The position numbers and the translations under genes are program-made. This document shows positions 1-12,762 of a DNA stretch of 64,000 nt, piece by piece (the stretch's first letter is position 1; the number at the start of each line of letters is the position of its first letter). Source of the stretch: Ginglymostoma cirratum (lineage: Eukaryota); contig JAHRHZ010000050.1 of NCBI GenBank assembly GCA_024137785.1, forward strand, positions 13,480,978 to 13,544,977, given 5' to 3'. The notes under the pieces were generated by a model. It searched no databases, had not been told where the DNA came from, and saw only the letters and a program-made list of their open reading frames with translations.

Positions 1-1082
1 GGAATTGTCATAATCCAAAGTACAGTATCTAATTAAAAGTGGCTGCCTAACCAGTAATCTCCTGAATGGAAAATTAGAATGCTGGATGACATTCCAAGTT
101 TCAATATCCATTAGAGTATATTTTGTTAGAATTGAATACTTTGACTAAAAGGTTCGGATGAAATGACATTACACAGTCAATGCAGCATTCTAGACAGCAT
201 CGTGATTTATAGCTTTTGTCATCCTTTATTTTACTTTGAGGAACATAAAAGCCAGTCTGAAGTAATTTGCCTAATTTAGAGGATACATTTGTCTGATATT
301 TTATTAATGGCAAGGTGCTTTTTGCTTGTTGGATGGGAGCCATGTTCTTGTGAAGGTCCTGTCAGGAAAAGTAGCTCATTTAATTCTCCTGCTCACTGCC
401 ATTTGCATCTTTTAATTTTAGAGATTGCATTGAGCAGAGGTCCCAAGGGGCCAAAACCTGTTAATCCTTTCTCTGTGATTAAACAAGAAAGGAGGAAATC
501 CAAAAAAATGTATGAAAGGAGTGTTTTATATTGAGTTACTTTCTGTCTTGTTCAGCAGAAAATGAATGTCATCTACTAAAAGGATTTTGAAGACAGTTTT
601 TATAGAGACTAATAATGGCAAGACTTATTGGTATTTTTAATTGGGAGCCAAAGTTTCTATTAGCATTAATTTTCTTGCTGACAGTACGCTATCGCTGTCA
701 TGCAATTTGCTTTTTTTGTCGTTTGGTTAGACTTAGTCTTCTTAATTCAATAATTAAGTTTCTGGCTTTTAGGTGTTTGCTGAGCTCGTAATCCAGTCAA
801 GGGGGATGCTTTGAATTGATTTTGTGACAACTGAGCTAACTGTTATTAATTCATTAATCAGTAGTTAAAAGGCTGCTGTAATACAAATGTTGCTTAGAAA
901 AAATAGTTGGAAGTATTGAAAATGGTCTTGCCCGAGAGTCTTATATTTACAGATGAGATTAATGGATTCATTCCTCATTTGCTGTCCTTATTACACGAAC
1001 CAGGATCTCTGAAATTGAGCTGCACACTCTCTTCTTCATTCATTTCAACGTATTAACTTTGTTCCTTTCTTTTATATTCCAG

Positions 1083-1246
1083 CCGACTCCATTCAAACAA
1101 TCTGTACTGCGACTGCCATTTAGCATGGCTTGCTGATTGGCTGCGACAGCGCCCTCGAGTTGGGCTGTACACTCAGTGCACAGGGCCTGGGCACCTGAGA
1201 GGCCATAATGTTGCGGAAGTACAAAAGAAGGAGTTCATTTGCTCTG
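1083..1246 (+). CDS. slit2: Slit2 coding exon (human exon 8 orthologue), LRRCT of domain D1
   Basis: 164 nt. Pyrimidine tract plus AG at 1081-1082; GTAAGT donor at 1247. Reads [54 protein letters not shown], matching recalled vertebrate SLIT2. Confidence 0.97.
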
Positions 1247-2222
1247 GTAAGTGGAGAATGAGGAAATATATACAAAAGATTGATAAAAGCACATATATGT
1301 ATTACGCTAAATTGTTAAAAGGAAGTCTGCTTTTTTAAGTAAAGTTGCCTCTGTGGAAAAATTAGGTGCTCAAAAACGGTAGAAGCGTTAAGGCTTGAAT
1401 TACATAAATGCTCCGCAAAACCATTTGAGTTTTTCCTTTACAGTCTTGAGTTTGAAATCATTAAACTATTTATTTAAAATGAGTTGGTAACATATGCATG
1501 CTTTCTGTCATTCCTGATTGCTACTCTACTTTAAAAAATGGTAAGTTAAATGAATGCAGTTATAATAGGATATATAGTTCTAACCTATTCACTATTAAAT
1601 CAATTCTTACAACCTAATGCCTGAGGAGCTGAGATGTTGTAGAATATTTCAATAGCTGTCGCTGCCACCTGTTTATAATTATTTTTCTTCATAGTAGTTT
1701 CTTGAAATAGTAGTACTAGAGATACTGGGTAGACAACTGCAGTGATGTCTCTTGGTGTGAAGCCTATTGGTAAAATCTTGTTGCTTTTCACTTCTAAGAC
1801 CTTTGTGTCTCTACCTGGTGGCGATGTAAGAGAAAAGGGGTCTGAATTATAGTTGCATTCCTTTCCTTTCACTAGTAGATCAGGAAAGATTAGCAGGTAA
1901 CACTCCGGGTGATGTTACAAATGATTCTTCTGCAAATTAATTAGACTTGTCTTCATTCAGGCAACTAAATGTGAAATCTATTTTTTAACCTTCCTTGCAC
2001 AGACTCACAGTGCAATATTCCTGTGAGCGATCATCTCAAGTACCAGATTCTTTTCCTCTTTTGTTTTAATTTAGCCTAAAGATACTTTGTCATTAGCACT
2101 TCTAAGGTCAGATATTGAGTTGAAACCACCATGAAACCTTTGTCATTCTTTAGCAATTTTAAAAGAACTGAGTACTTTCTATTAATCTCAATGCGTTTTT
2201 ATCATTTTTTCATGCCTACCAG

Positions 2223-2234
2223 ATGACGACAAAG
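2223..2234 (+). CDS. slit2: Candidate 12-nt alternative microexon of slit2 (inserts DDDK) with a GC donor
   Basis: ttttttcatgcctaccAG|ATGACGACAAAG|GCAAGT. Symmetric phase 1, giving ...FICS-DDDK-GHQ..., at the position where the known human SLIT2 splice variant inserts DEEE. Confidence 0.8.
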
Positions 2235-3614
2235 GCAAGTTTACTTTTCTTTTTGTATTTTGCTTATTGTTTGATGTTGGTAGCATTGCTGTATGGTAAG
2301 AATTTCTGTCTGATATCTAGAGTTCTGTCCTGTTGTGGAGTATTTTTGAAAAAATCTCTTTGGTTCAGTTTTAAGTCTTGATGTGCCAAATAATTGGGTT
2401 TGTTTTCCTCATTGTCAGCACGATCATACAATTTTTGTTCTTTCACAAAACAGAAGAAATGTAAATATTGGGGATGCAGTTTTGTGAATTATATGGAGAT
2501 GCAGGTGACTAGGTCCATGATCTAATCTGTTAGCATAAAGTGTTCTTTTAAGCATCTGAACCTAGGAGTTATGTTTCATTCTGCTTCATTGAGAACTACT
2601 GTTAGATAAGAGAGAATGCATTTAAAAATATTGCATTGCATTGTATCAAAAGATGTTCCTGAATCAGAGCTGAGATAAATTGACTAAAATGTTTAGCTTC
2701 TGACAGTCGTATCGGCTAGTTTCATTATCTTCCACTTGATGTCAGTTTCCCAGGTGTAGCCCCAATTATTTCACACTTACCCATGTGTAAAGTAGACAAA
2801 TGCCAGGTAGGACCAGATGTAAAATAATGTGAATGGGACTCTTGGAATATTTATACTTCATTGTTATACGTCAGGGTGTTTAAATTAGCATGCATGTTCA
2901 TTGACTCACTAATTTCATGCATAGTTCTTGTCGCATTCTCTGGCTGTTAGGGCTGGAATTAAATTTTCAGGACTTGACATTGGGTTTTATGCTCAACCAA
3001 CTTGTAAGTTTGAAGTAACAATTTCTGTTAGAGACAGTATTCATACTGAAACACTATTTGGTAAGTAATAGTTGCATCCATTTAACCTGATTGTGTTATT
3101 TAATCAATATGAAGTAATGTACTGGAAAAAGTAAATGCGTCTCAGTGGGGTTGTTGCATTTACTTGAGTATCATTTGTTTAGCTGCATACAATGGAATTC
3201 TGATTATAGTGTTTCATTCTTCAGCCCATCAATAACATGAAGCGCAAGCTACATGTTAGAAATGTGGCCATTGTTATAGATTCATATCTTTGTCAGAGTC
3301 GTGGTTAAAGCTTTCACATGCTGTTTTTACACAAGTTCTGCCTGAACAACAGGGATAAAGTAGCCAATCCTCATCAGACTTACTTGATTTTAAAGTGCGG
3401 TCAGTTGTTTAAGTTTTATTTGAATGTTATTGCAGTTGACCATTCATTTCTGATTCAGCCAATTCCATTTCTTGAGGCGTTGTGAAATGATGTAATTCAT
3501 TTCACATTTGGCATGTGAATTATTTAATAAAGTACAGCGTGCTCTTTAGGATGGAGAAATTCATAAAAACTCAAGTTCTTGATGATGTAATTGCTCTCCT
3601 GCTCGCTCCTGTAG

Positions 3615-3759
3615 GTCACCAGAGTTTAACAATGCAATCCTGCAGTGTCCATTCAAAGTCTTGTCCAGCGGTCTGCACATGTAGCAACAGTATCGTGGAT
3701 TGTCGTGGCAAGGGTCTTACTGAGATATCGAGCAAGCTTCCAGAAAGCATCACGGAAAT
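3615..3759 (+). CDS. slit2: Slit2 coding exon (exon 9 orthologue), D1-D2 linker and LRRNT of D2
   Basis: 145 nt, ctcctgtAG acceptor and GTAAGC donor. [49 protein letters not shown]; frame joins both neighbours. Confidence 0.96.
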
Positions 3760-4659
3760 GTAAGCTGTTACTTTCTTTACATCCTTTGCGTTGTAATTGC
3801 CTCGCAATTATCGGATGCTCAGTTAGAGCAGCAGATGCTGTTGTTTGATTATCTGTGAAATTCAGATACATTCTGTTGCACAATGAAGTAGAAAGGCTCG
3901 TTTTGCTCAATTTTATCAGAGGGATGTGTGTTTATCTCAAAGCTGAATTGCTCACGGACATGAAAATAATGTTAACTTGCGAACAAATCCTTAAAGAGAA
4001 ATCTATTATATAAAATATGGCTTATGGATAAGTAGTTTTGATGACAACTTTTGGTCTTTACTTCCTGGGCGATAAATTGGGTAAAGTGAATTGCAATCAA
4101 TACAATAAAGATCAGACAGATTATTTAGCAAGCAGAGAGGTGAATGCGTTCCACTAGGTTACCGCTCAGGCAGTGAAGATAAAAATCTCCCCTTTCTAAT
4201 ACCTGTATCTTCTGTAGGTGACTTAATGATTGAAAATGTCAATGTTAAAGGCATCACACAGTGAGCCACACTGTAGCTGGTATTTTAAATCAGTCTGATA
4301 CTGCAGCGTCTGACTGTAATCATTCATACTGCAGTCTGACATATTTTTCAGTTTTTTTTAAATCATTCCTTAACATCCACTATCAAAAAATAGTGTATGA
4401 AATTTTGACATTATTTCAGAGTATGCACCAGGCTGCTCCTCAGCTTTAAAGTAACCCACATATGCTGGTAACACTAAGACAAAAGCAAAATGCTGTGAAC
4501 GTTGAAGATCTGAAATAAAAGCAAATTCAATGCATTTCTGCTGACAGAACTTGCAGCATAGCCTGCTATATTTGAACTCCTAACATCCCAGCAAGATGTT
4601 GATGTCAGAACTCGACTGTCCTTGGGAGGGTGAGCCTCAGTCCACTGGATGGAAACTGG

Positions 4660-4990
4660 ACAGTCATCCTTACGAACATTCCCTGAGCATCTCTGTTCCA
4701 GTGCTGCCTTAGTGTGGACTGCTTCATGATTGGTGGCTGTGCTTTCAGCTGGTGCTGGTCTGTTTTTTAGAACTGTCCCACCTTCCAAACTTCAAGTTCT
4801 TTGTATCACAACCTCTGTTTCCTTTAGATGATCCTTAAAACTTCAACCTTAAGTTCCCTAACGAAACATCTGCCCATATACCCAGTAATGCGGTTTGCTG
4901 TCAATTTTTGTTTGTTAATGAGAATGTGAAGCATCTTGGCATGTCTTACTATGTTAAAGGCACTATACAAGTGCAACTTTCTGTTATTAC
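4660..4990 (+). mobile_element. Old L2 LINE 3' fragment
   Basis: Ends in gtgaagcatcttggcatgtcttactatgttaaaggcactatacaagtgcaac, the same 3' terminus seen at 48105-48160 after L2 ORF2 motifs. Boundaries approximate. Confidence 0.55.
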
Positions 4991-6849
4991 CTTTCTCCAC
5001 CATTCAACAAAACACATGCTTTTGGAAAATTGACTGTTTTAATGAGATGACGAGAATTGTTTTCACACTGCCACCATTGACCTTCCCTCCTCTGCCCCAC
5101 TTAGGGCTGAATGTGAGGATTACCCTGCCCCACCCCAGAAGCCTGATTCTGCTCAACTGGCTGACCCTGTAACTTTTGAGTTCTTTACTGTTTTGAGGCT
5201 GCCCGTCCATTCCTATCCGAGGGAGGGTCTCACCTCTGTGAGCTGCTGTCAATCTCTTGCCTGAGCAGCTCTCTTGTCCCAATCAGGAGCGGTGGCCATT
5301 GCTAGGATGAAACAAAACTCCTGGAGAAGGGTTATGACGTCAGTGAAACCCAGATGAAGGTGAGTCTGGATCTCATCAGGGCCAGGCTGCAAAGTCCCAG
5401 AAAGGGAGATGGAGGCCGGAGGTAGGGATGGCAGAGGCGGAGGTGAAATGGGAGGGTGAGTAGAGAGTATAATGGTATTTCAATGGGCACCAGGAGCCTA
5501 AAAATGAGGCATGCAAAGCTTCACATAACCACATGGCATCAGCCACCCCATCATGGTAAAATCCTGGTGGTAGCAGGTAGCCCATTGATCAATGGGCAAG
5601 CAGGCTGCTTGATGCCTCTTCACTACTGGTAAAACTGCCATGGGACTTATGCCTAATTTTGTACCCTCCCCACCACCACACCCAGAGGGTACAAAGTTCT
5701 TCCTGTAGTGGTATCACTCCAGCTTCAGCAGATTCTGTGGCTTCAGACGAAGATGACCTTTCTTAGCGGCTGATATTTCCAAAAATTATCTGTTTACACT
5801 TAGAGTTGCTACACGGATGTCTTGGTGGTGACACAAATGATGTTTGCACAACTACAGAGAGAGGTTTCGTTGGAAGCTGTAGATTTTGTAATATGAACTA
5901 ATGTAATCTCTCTTGCCTCAGGTGCGTAGTGTTCCCTGTTTTGTTCACGTTTCAATAATGGAATCTTCCAGTTATGTTGCTTGATTTACAGCACGCACTA
6001 TTTCAGTTTTTAACGCTCATGACCAGATTGCAAAGCCCTTGTGGTTTATGTCAGTGGTTGAGAAGAAAATGAGGACTAGCAGTTTGAAGAGGTCAAGTAA
6101 TTTAGCTTCGATAAATATGAGGAGACGAAACAAAAACAATGTTTCTATTGCTCTCTTCATCAAAACTAGGCGTACCTCAGAATTTTACCTGGGGGATCAA
6201 AACACAAAATAAGATGATTAGGAAAATGTGATACGTGCATTTGTTACCGATGGCCTCCTTTGAAAGAGCAGAGCCAGAAGCAAACAACTTGACAGAAAGA
6301 TAAAAGGCTTAAGAAGATTTTCTTTCACCGAGACTCCAAGAATTCCCTTCTCTTGCAGTTCTAAATAGTGCATAAAGTATACCTGGTTGAAACTCTTCTC
6401 AGATGTTCTCACTAAGATTATGACTAATAAAGAAGTCAGTTGAATCGAGTCTGTAATTCCATATAAATCACTTTGAAAAGTAAAGAAGTTCCCTGAATCC
6501 TACCTGTCTCCCAATATTTCCTGCATGGTGCCTCTTTGACCTTGTATAACCCTGTAGTAAACCGCAGTCAGATACGGTGACAGATACGGACAGCTGTTAT
6601 TTATTTGGTTCACGAATTGTTAAATAGTCCATTCAGAAAATGGACTTAAATGTTGAAATTATTTATTCTAGAGTTCAGAGGCTGTCACAGCCTGGCTCCA
6701 ATAAATAGGGTTTAATAACCACCCACACCTCACACCTCACACCCTGCACCCATATATCCATAATATACACATTTCAAATACCTCTTGGAATCTGTGCCTG
6801 CCGTATCTGAGTAGTTCACCATGATGAGTATTATAAAGAGAGGCAGTCA

Positions 6850-7335
6850 TTGAGCCAATCTAACTTATCCAGCCACAGTGACCCCAGCCCACCCCTAATA
6901 GCGTCTCGAATGATGCTAGTGCTAACATTTCAGCTACCGAACCTGGAAGATACTTCCAGAATTTGATTACTGTGAGTGAAAAAGCACTTTCTTTATGTCA
7001 GTCTTGAATTTCCATCTTACCAGTTCTATCTATTGCTCCCTATATGGTAGTAAGGGCTTAACTTGCATAACTTGAAATAATGCACAGGGTTAACTTTTCT
7101 AATCCAGTTGGTATCTTATACTTCCACAAGGCATCTTCTATCATTTGCTTTATATGAAGAAAGAACAGACTACGTTTTTCCAATACTTCCCCTGAATTCA
7201 GGTCTTGAGAACTGGCATTATTGTTCTCTGCAGTCCCTCCAGGATCTGGATGTTTTCCTACGTCCTGGTGACAGAACGGAATGCAGTATCGAGGGACCAA
7301 CCTGACCAGTGCACCATATAGCTTCAGCACCATGT
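6850..7335 (-). mobile_element. Degenerate CR1 LINE 3' fragment
   Basis: Minus-strand translation LKLYGALVRLVPRYCIPFC resembles the CR1 LYK.LVRPHLEYCVQFW motif in the younger copies here. Confidence 0.65.
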
Positions 7336-9139
7336 GCTCAGCTTTATCTGCACATACTGTACAGATTCCTGCTCTGGGAACAGAATGTTTAACAGAAATT
7401 TGAGTATGAATGTCATCCGCGAAATCATGGAATTTTCCATCCAGTCAAACTCTTGCATCTGAATTTCCTATTGGATGTGCATAGTAATAAGTGGTAAGAG
7501 TATATATATGTACAATCTGGCACGATAGCTCTTTATTCTGATTTGTGCTTTATCATGACTTGGTGTGACCAATTGTGAAACCACATTTCAGATTTCTTTG
7601 GCATCTTCCCTCATGGGTTAATTTCTCCTATCGAGTAGCAGAGAGGGTAAAGCACTGATAATGTTATACTGTCCGAACTAATGTTAGAAATTTAAAAGTA
7701 TTTTCTTGAGGAGTCCAGTACTGACATTGTTAAATACCTGTGTCAAACCAAACTGATAGCTTGATTTTACTAATGAGCTTGGTGGTGCTGAAGTCATTAA
7801 ACAATATAGGACTGTGACCATCAGTTTGGGGGTAAAATGTTATGTTCAGATCAAGATAAGTCATTTGACCTAACTCTTATTGCTTATATATATCTCTGAA
7901 CCTTATTCTTCAAACTTGTGCACTAGTTTAAATTTCTGTTTATCTGGGCATGAGATGCATTCATATCTTTACCAATTAAGTGGTAATCTAATGGCTCAGA
8001 TTACTCGCCTGTTTTAAATCCTAATTTCACTGAAATCAGTGGAGTAAAAATCAAATGCTTTCGACAAGAGAATAGTCATCAGATTATGGCTGTTGTTTTG
8101 AAGTCAGGGATTTGTCGCAATGTCCCTCATTCAGGGGTCCTTTCTGGTACGTCTGGACGTTCCCGGTATCAATCACTGGTTTGCTTGTATGTTCCTCTGT
8201 TCTAAGAAAATCATTGTGTGCTGCTTCTACAGTAAGAGATTACCCCTCTGTGTCAGGAAGCTGGACTCTCAGCCCAGAGGCTATAATAAATTCCCACTGC
8301 CATTTAACAATCTGCCTTCACTTTGCTCACACATGCTTTTGCAATTTACTGTGTGGAAAAGCTGGCAGAATGTGAACAAGTTGTTAGCTTGCAGCATGAC
8401 GTGTACTGATGTTGGTCATGCACAAGTCTAAAACTGACACTGTATTTAATCTGTTGTATGGGACTCTTAGATTCAAAGCATGGAAAGGTCCAAGTTTAGA
8501 CATGACATGATTCGTAAAATTTACCAAAATGATAAAACAAATCTGTGTGGTAAGAATTCACAGATAATAAATATCCTGCATTTTCTGTATTTGCAGTGAA
8601 CAGTGCGTAACCGTACTATGAGTGTTTTACTGTGCTGAGCTATCAAATACAAACACTCTCTCCTTTCTGATGTAATTCCAATGTTGACATAGTAAAGAAA
8701 GCTTATTTTTAGTAGAGCCTGATGCTGTCAGAAAATCCATTGTGAACATGACTTATAACATCAAACCCAATCTTGATCTGAGTTTACTTCATTCCAATTG
8801 ACTGAATCTTTTTGTTCAAGAAACACATAAGACTTGCGGATTTGTCAACATCACAGTATCCCATTTCATTCCTTCAGAGTAACTTACCTCCATCACAATG
8901 AAATGTTTCCCAACGCATGTTCCATGAAGCTTGAAATTTATATAGGAAATCAAATTTCTTTCTGACTACAAAGAATCTTTTATTCCAACGCCATAAATTC
9001 TATCAAACTGGTATCCCAACGCTTAGTTTGTTGTTCCAAAAATAAATAGTCATGGATTTAGCACCAGCCATCTTGTTGGGTCTCTGGTATTGAAGCATTC
9101 CCGTGCTTGGCCAACATTCTTATCTCAACTTTTTTTTAA

Positions 9140-9400
9140 ATTCATTTGTGGGATGAAGGTGTCAGGCTAGGCCAACATTTATTGTTCATTCTTAATTGAA
9201 TTATGTTAAGAATCAACCACTTTGCCATGGACCTGGAGTCACATATAGTCCAGACCGGGTAAGGATGGCAGTTTCATTCCCTAAAGGGCATCAGTGAACC
9301 ACCATCTGCCATGGCAGGATTTGAACCTGGGTCCCCAGATCATTATCTGGTCCTCTGGATTAACAGTCTAGCGATATTACCACGAGCCTGTTGCCTCCCT
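9140..9400 (-). mobile_element. tRNA-derived SINE (same family as 21505-22408 and 62229-62560)
   Basis: Shares ggagtcacat..gtccagaccgggtaaggatggcagtttc..tccctaaagg with the other copies; B-box-like GGTTCAAATCC on the minus strand. Confidence 0.7.
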
Positions 9401-10589
9401 TTTTGTGACACTACCTTGCATCCTCTTGCACTTTTCGCCCATGCCACCCTGTTTGTCCTTTTCTGTCATCCGCTTCTTCATAGAATCTTGGAATAGAAGA
9501 GGATATTAGCCACATTGCACCTGCATCAGTACTTTGAAAGAGTTTTCAATTAATCCTACGTACTTAGTCTTACCATATGGTCCAAAAATATTTTGCTTTC
9601 AGATATGTGTCCAGATTCCTTTTGAAAAATATTATTAAATTCACTTCTACCACCGTTTCATCCAGTCTCTCCTGGATCATAACAATTTGCTGCAAATCAT
9701 CCTCAGCTTCCCACAACTGCTGTTGCTAATTTAAATCTGTGTCCTCTCGTTGTGTATTTCCTCCTGCCAGTAAACCGACTATTGTCAAAATTCCTAATTG
9801 TGATTTTTTTTTCAATCTCTTCCTCTCCCTGTTACTCATATTGATCAATTGTAGTGAAATGAGCTGGTGTTATGGGATTCTGGGCTGCAAATATCACACA
9901 TGGAGCCTTTAGTGTAAAATGAAAATAGGAAATGCTGGGAACAGATCAGTGATCATCTATGTGGAGAATTAACAAGTTGAAATCACAGATAAAATCCTTA
10001 ATCAAAATGGAATAAAAACCAGAAACGAAACACACACATGCAAACAAACTCATCCGTGCAAGCACACATGGTTAACACACAATCACCCTTAGCTAACTCC
10101 ACAGATGAATACCTGCCCTCAAACATGTGTCTACATCTACATTTGCACACGTACACCAACAAGTAGAGTAACTTATAAAGTACTTAAAAGGAGAACTGGA
10201 GTTGATTGAATGGCTGAGATAATGACAACAGAAGACGATAGAAATGTAAGGAAACAAAATAAATTTGCCTTAATTCCTTACTTTCCTGCTTCCTATCTCT
10301 GTCAGCTTTACTGCTTTCATCTTAGCAATTTATGGAAATTGTGCCCAGTCTGCAGATATATATTACAAATACCAGCTTCTTCAGGCATATTTAATATATT
10401 GGTATCAGTATACTGCAGGAAAATCAATATTGAAAGCAGCATATTTTAAAATCATGCAATTATGCATCTTACCTGATAGGGGATAGTAATATTTCTTTAA
10501 AAAATAAAATGCCTGAAGAACTGAGCACAATGGCAAGTAGAAATCAGAATTTAAAAAAAAGACAAACTTACATTCAGGTAGTGATTTTA

Positions 10590-11050
10590 TGACCACTGGA
10601 CATCCCAAAGCACTTTACAGACAATGAAGTCCTATTGAAATAAAAACAAAAAATGTTGGAAATACTCATCAGATCTAACAGCAACTGTAAAGAGAGAAGC
10701 AGACTTAAGGTTTTGATTCAAGTATGATTCTTCCTCAGTGGTTTTGAAGTACATTCGTTGTTGTAACATAGGAAATACTGCAAGCTTCCACAAACATCGA
10801 AGAAAAATGATGAGATAATTTGTTACTTGAGAGACGAATATTGAGCAGGAAACATGGAATAACCACCTACCCACCCACTGAGAATACTAAAGTGCTTAAT
10901 TTAGACTGTCATCCAAAAGATACAATCTTCAGAAGTACGCAACCCCTGAAAGTGTCGAATTGTCTTTTTTGTCCTGAAGTCCTGTAGTGGGTCTTGAACC
11001 CACACTCAATGGAATCAGTGGAAAGATAGCTACCAACTGAGCCACAGCTC
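10590..11050 (-). mobile_element. Deu-domain SINE (SacSINE1/AmnSINE1-like), interrupted by a short Penelope-repeat fragment (~10637-10740)
   Basis: Minus-strand tRNA head with A box TGGCTCAGTTGG and B box GGTTCAAGACC. The 3' tail acttcattgtctgtaaagtgctttgggatgtcc resembles recalled DeuSINE tails. Confidence 0.65.
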
Positions 11051-12762
11051 TCAGCAGAGTTTTAAGCTTTTGATTTACTACACGATTAGTTCCTGCTCTT
11101 GGCCCGAAGCACTCAGAACTGAAGTAAGGCACTCAAAGTGGAAAGCTGCAGACGAGCAGGAGGATTATCTACACACACCTCATGACCTAAAGAAGAGCCA
11201 GCCTAATGAGTTATCTTGTCCATGCCAGCTAATGGTTTCTGTTTCATAAACCATCTCAAACTGTCATCTATGCTCTGTGCAGCAAAATGTGCTTGAGCAG
11301 ACTCTAAGCTGAAATGATTGATTGTGGAAATAATGTACAATAAAGTAGAGTGCATTAAAGGTAAACCTGGAAATCTGTTTTGCTAGCAGAACACAATCTG
11401 TACATTTTACCATTAATATTTCTTCCCAGATTGGTCCGGCAGCTAATTTAGTTCTGTGGCAAATTAATGAATCTGTTTGCAGTAATTCAGCGGATTCCAG
11501 GAAACTGACTAATATCACTTAAGATTGATGTTTTCCAGATGCTTTACATGCAGGCATTGAAATTAAATCAAAACCTTTTTACGAAAGTACGTATAATTTG
11601 CTGGAGCATAGAAGTCTTTGGTAGCGAATGATCCTTTAAATGTGCATCAGTCAGTGGAAATCAGACATGTTTCTTAACCGTCATTCAGTTTGCAAGATCT
11701 GAGATTGTATTCACCAATGTTTACTCTGAAGATGTCTTCAGGTTGTTAAAATTTTGTGTAAATTTCCATCACATCCTGGTACCAGTTAATGCAGCTTTAA
11801 CTGAAAACAGCTGCAAACAGGAACCTGGCAGTGATGTCAGAGGTTTCCTCTCATTGTAAAAATTTGCTGGTGTGTGTATGGTTCACACATTAAATAGTCC
11901 AGTCAGGGAATAACCAAATAAACACATCCAAATACCATGAATGGATTTCAGTTCCACTTGTGTGCGAAGAATTCTGTATGAGTGGAAATTTGTCCTGCAC
12001 CATTTTGAGCCTGAAATAAACAGTGTGTGGAGCAGGTGTAATGGAGATCCTCCCAAAATTTGATCTGGGGCTTACTCAGCATATTGTCAGAGTTCTGTGA
12101 ATGCACATAGGCCCCCATGGGCTCTCCCACATCGATCGAAGGCTGGCCAAGAAATCCTCTTGGTGAACTGCCACTCTGTAGGCTGTGCCTCCAGTAGGGT
12201 TATTTCTACCTGATGTGACAAGTACAACATCGGTAAACATTAATAATGTTATAGTGAAAGATTCAACAGATGTTTATTACAGTTCCTAACGTATACAATG
12301 GTAGTCACAGGCACTTCAGTGTCTGGGATAATATTAAAATATTCAATTACATGCTTTTATCAGTGTGACATGCTTCTTGTGGCCCCAATTAAAATGGAGA
12401 CCAAGTCCTTTGAACACAAGCAGTGATATAGTGATGATATCATGAGCATGTTTCTTCGATATTCATTGTGAAGCATAATACAACACTTGGATTCCAAACC
12501 ATTGTCCTTGCCTGTGCTCGCTCACTCACAAAATCAATGTCATACTCACCCAATCCACACTCGCTCACTCACTCTCATACTCCCACTGGTGGTGTGGATC
12601 TCTTCCTGACCCTAGGCCTCTGGCAAGTGCAGTGCCTTGAGCTCCTTCTGTGGCCCCTGTTTGGCTGCCAGCACTCAGCAGGTGAGCCTGCCTCTATCAA
12701 GGTCCTGAATTCTGAGAAGGCCTAATGCCAATATCATCATGTCCCATCTCTCCCAATGAACT

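Noticed and set aside
2223-2234. DDDK as an enteropeptidase/FLAG-like site
   Set aside because: Only three Asp residues and no biological context; probably coincidental with an acidic linker.
2264-2446. 60-aa hydrophilic minus-strand ORF after the microexon
   Set aside because: Short, and its K/N/Q/E richness is what the reverse complement of a T/G-rich intronic tract produces; no recognisable motif.
3515-3763. ORF-track entries 3515-3763, 35100-35327 and 38887-39240 as stand-alone genes
   Set aside because: They are slit2 exons read through into flanking intron; splice sites define the real boundaries.
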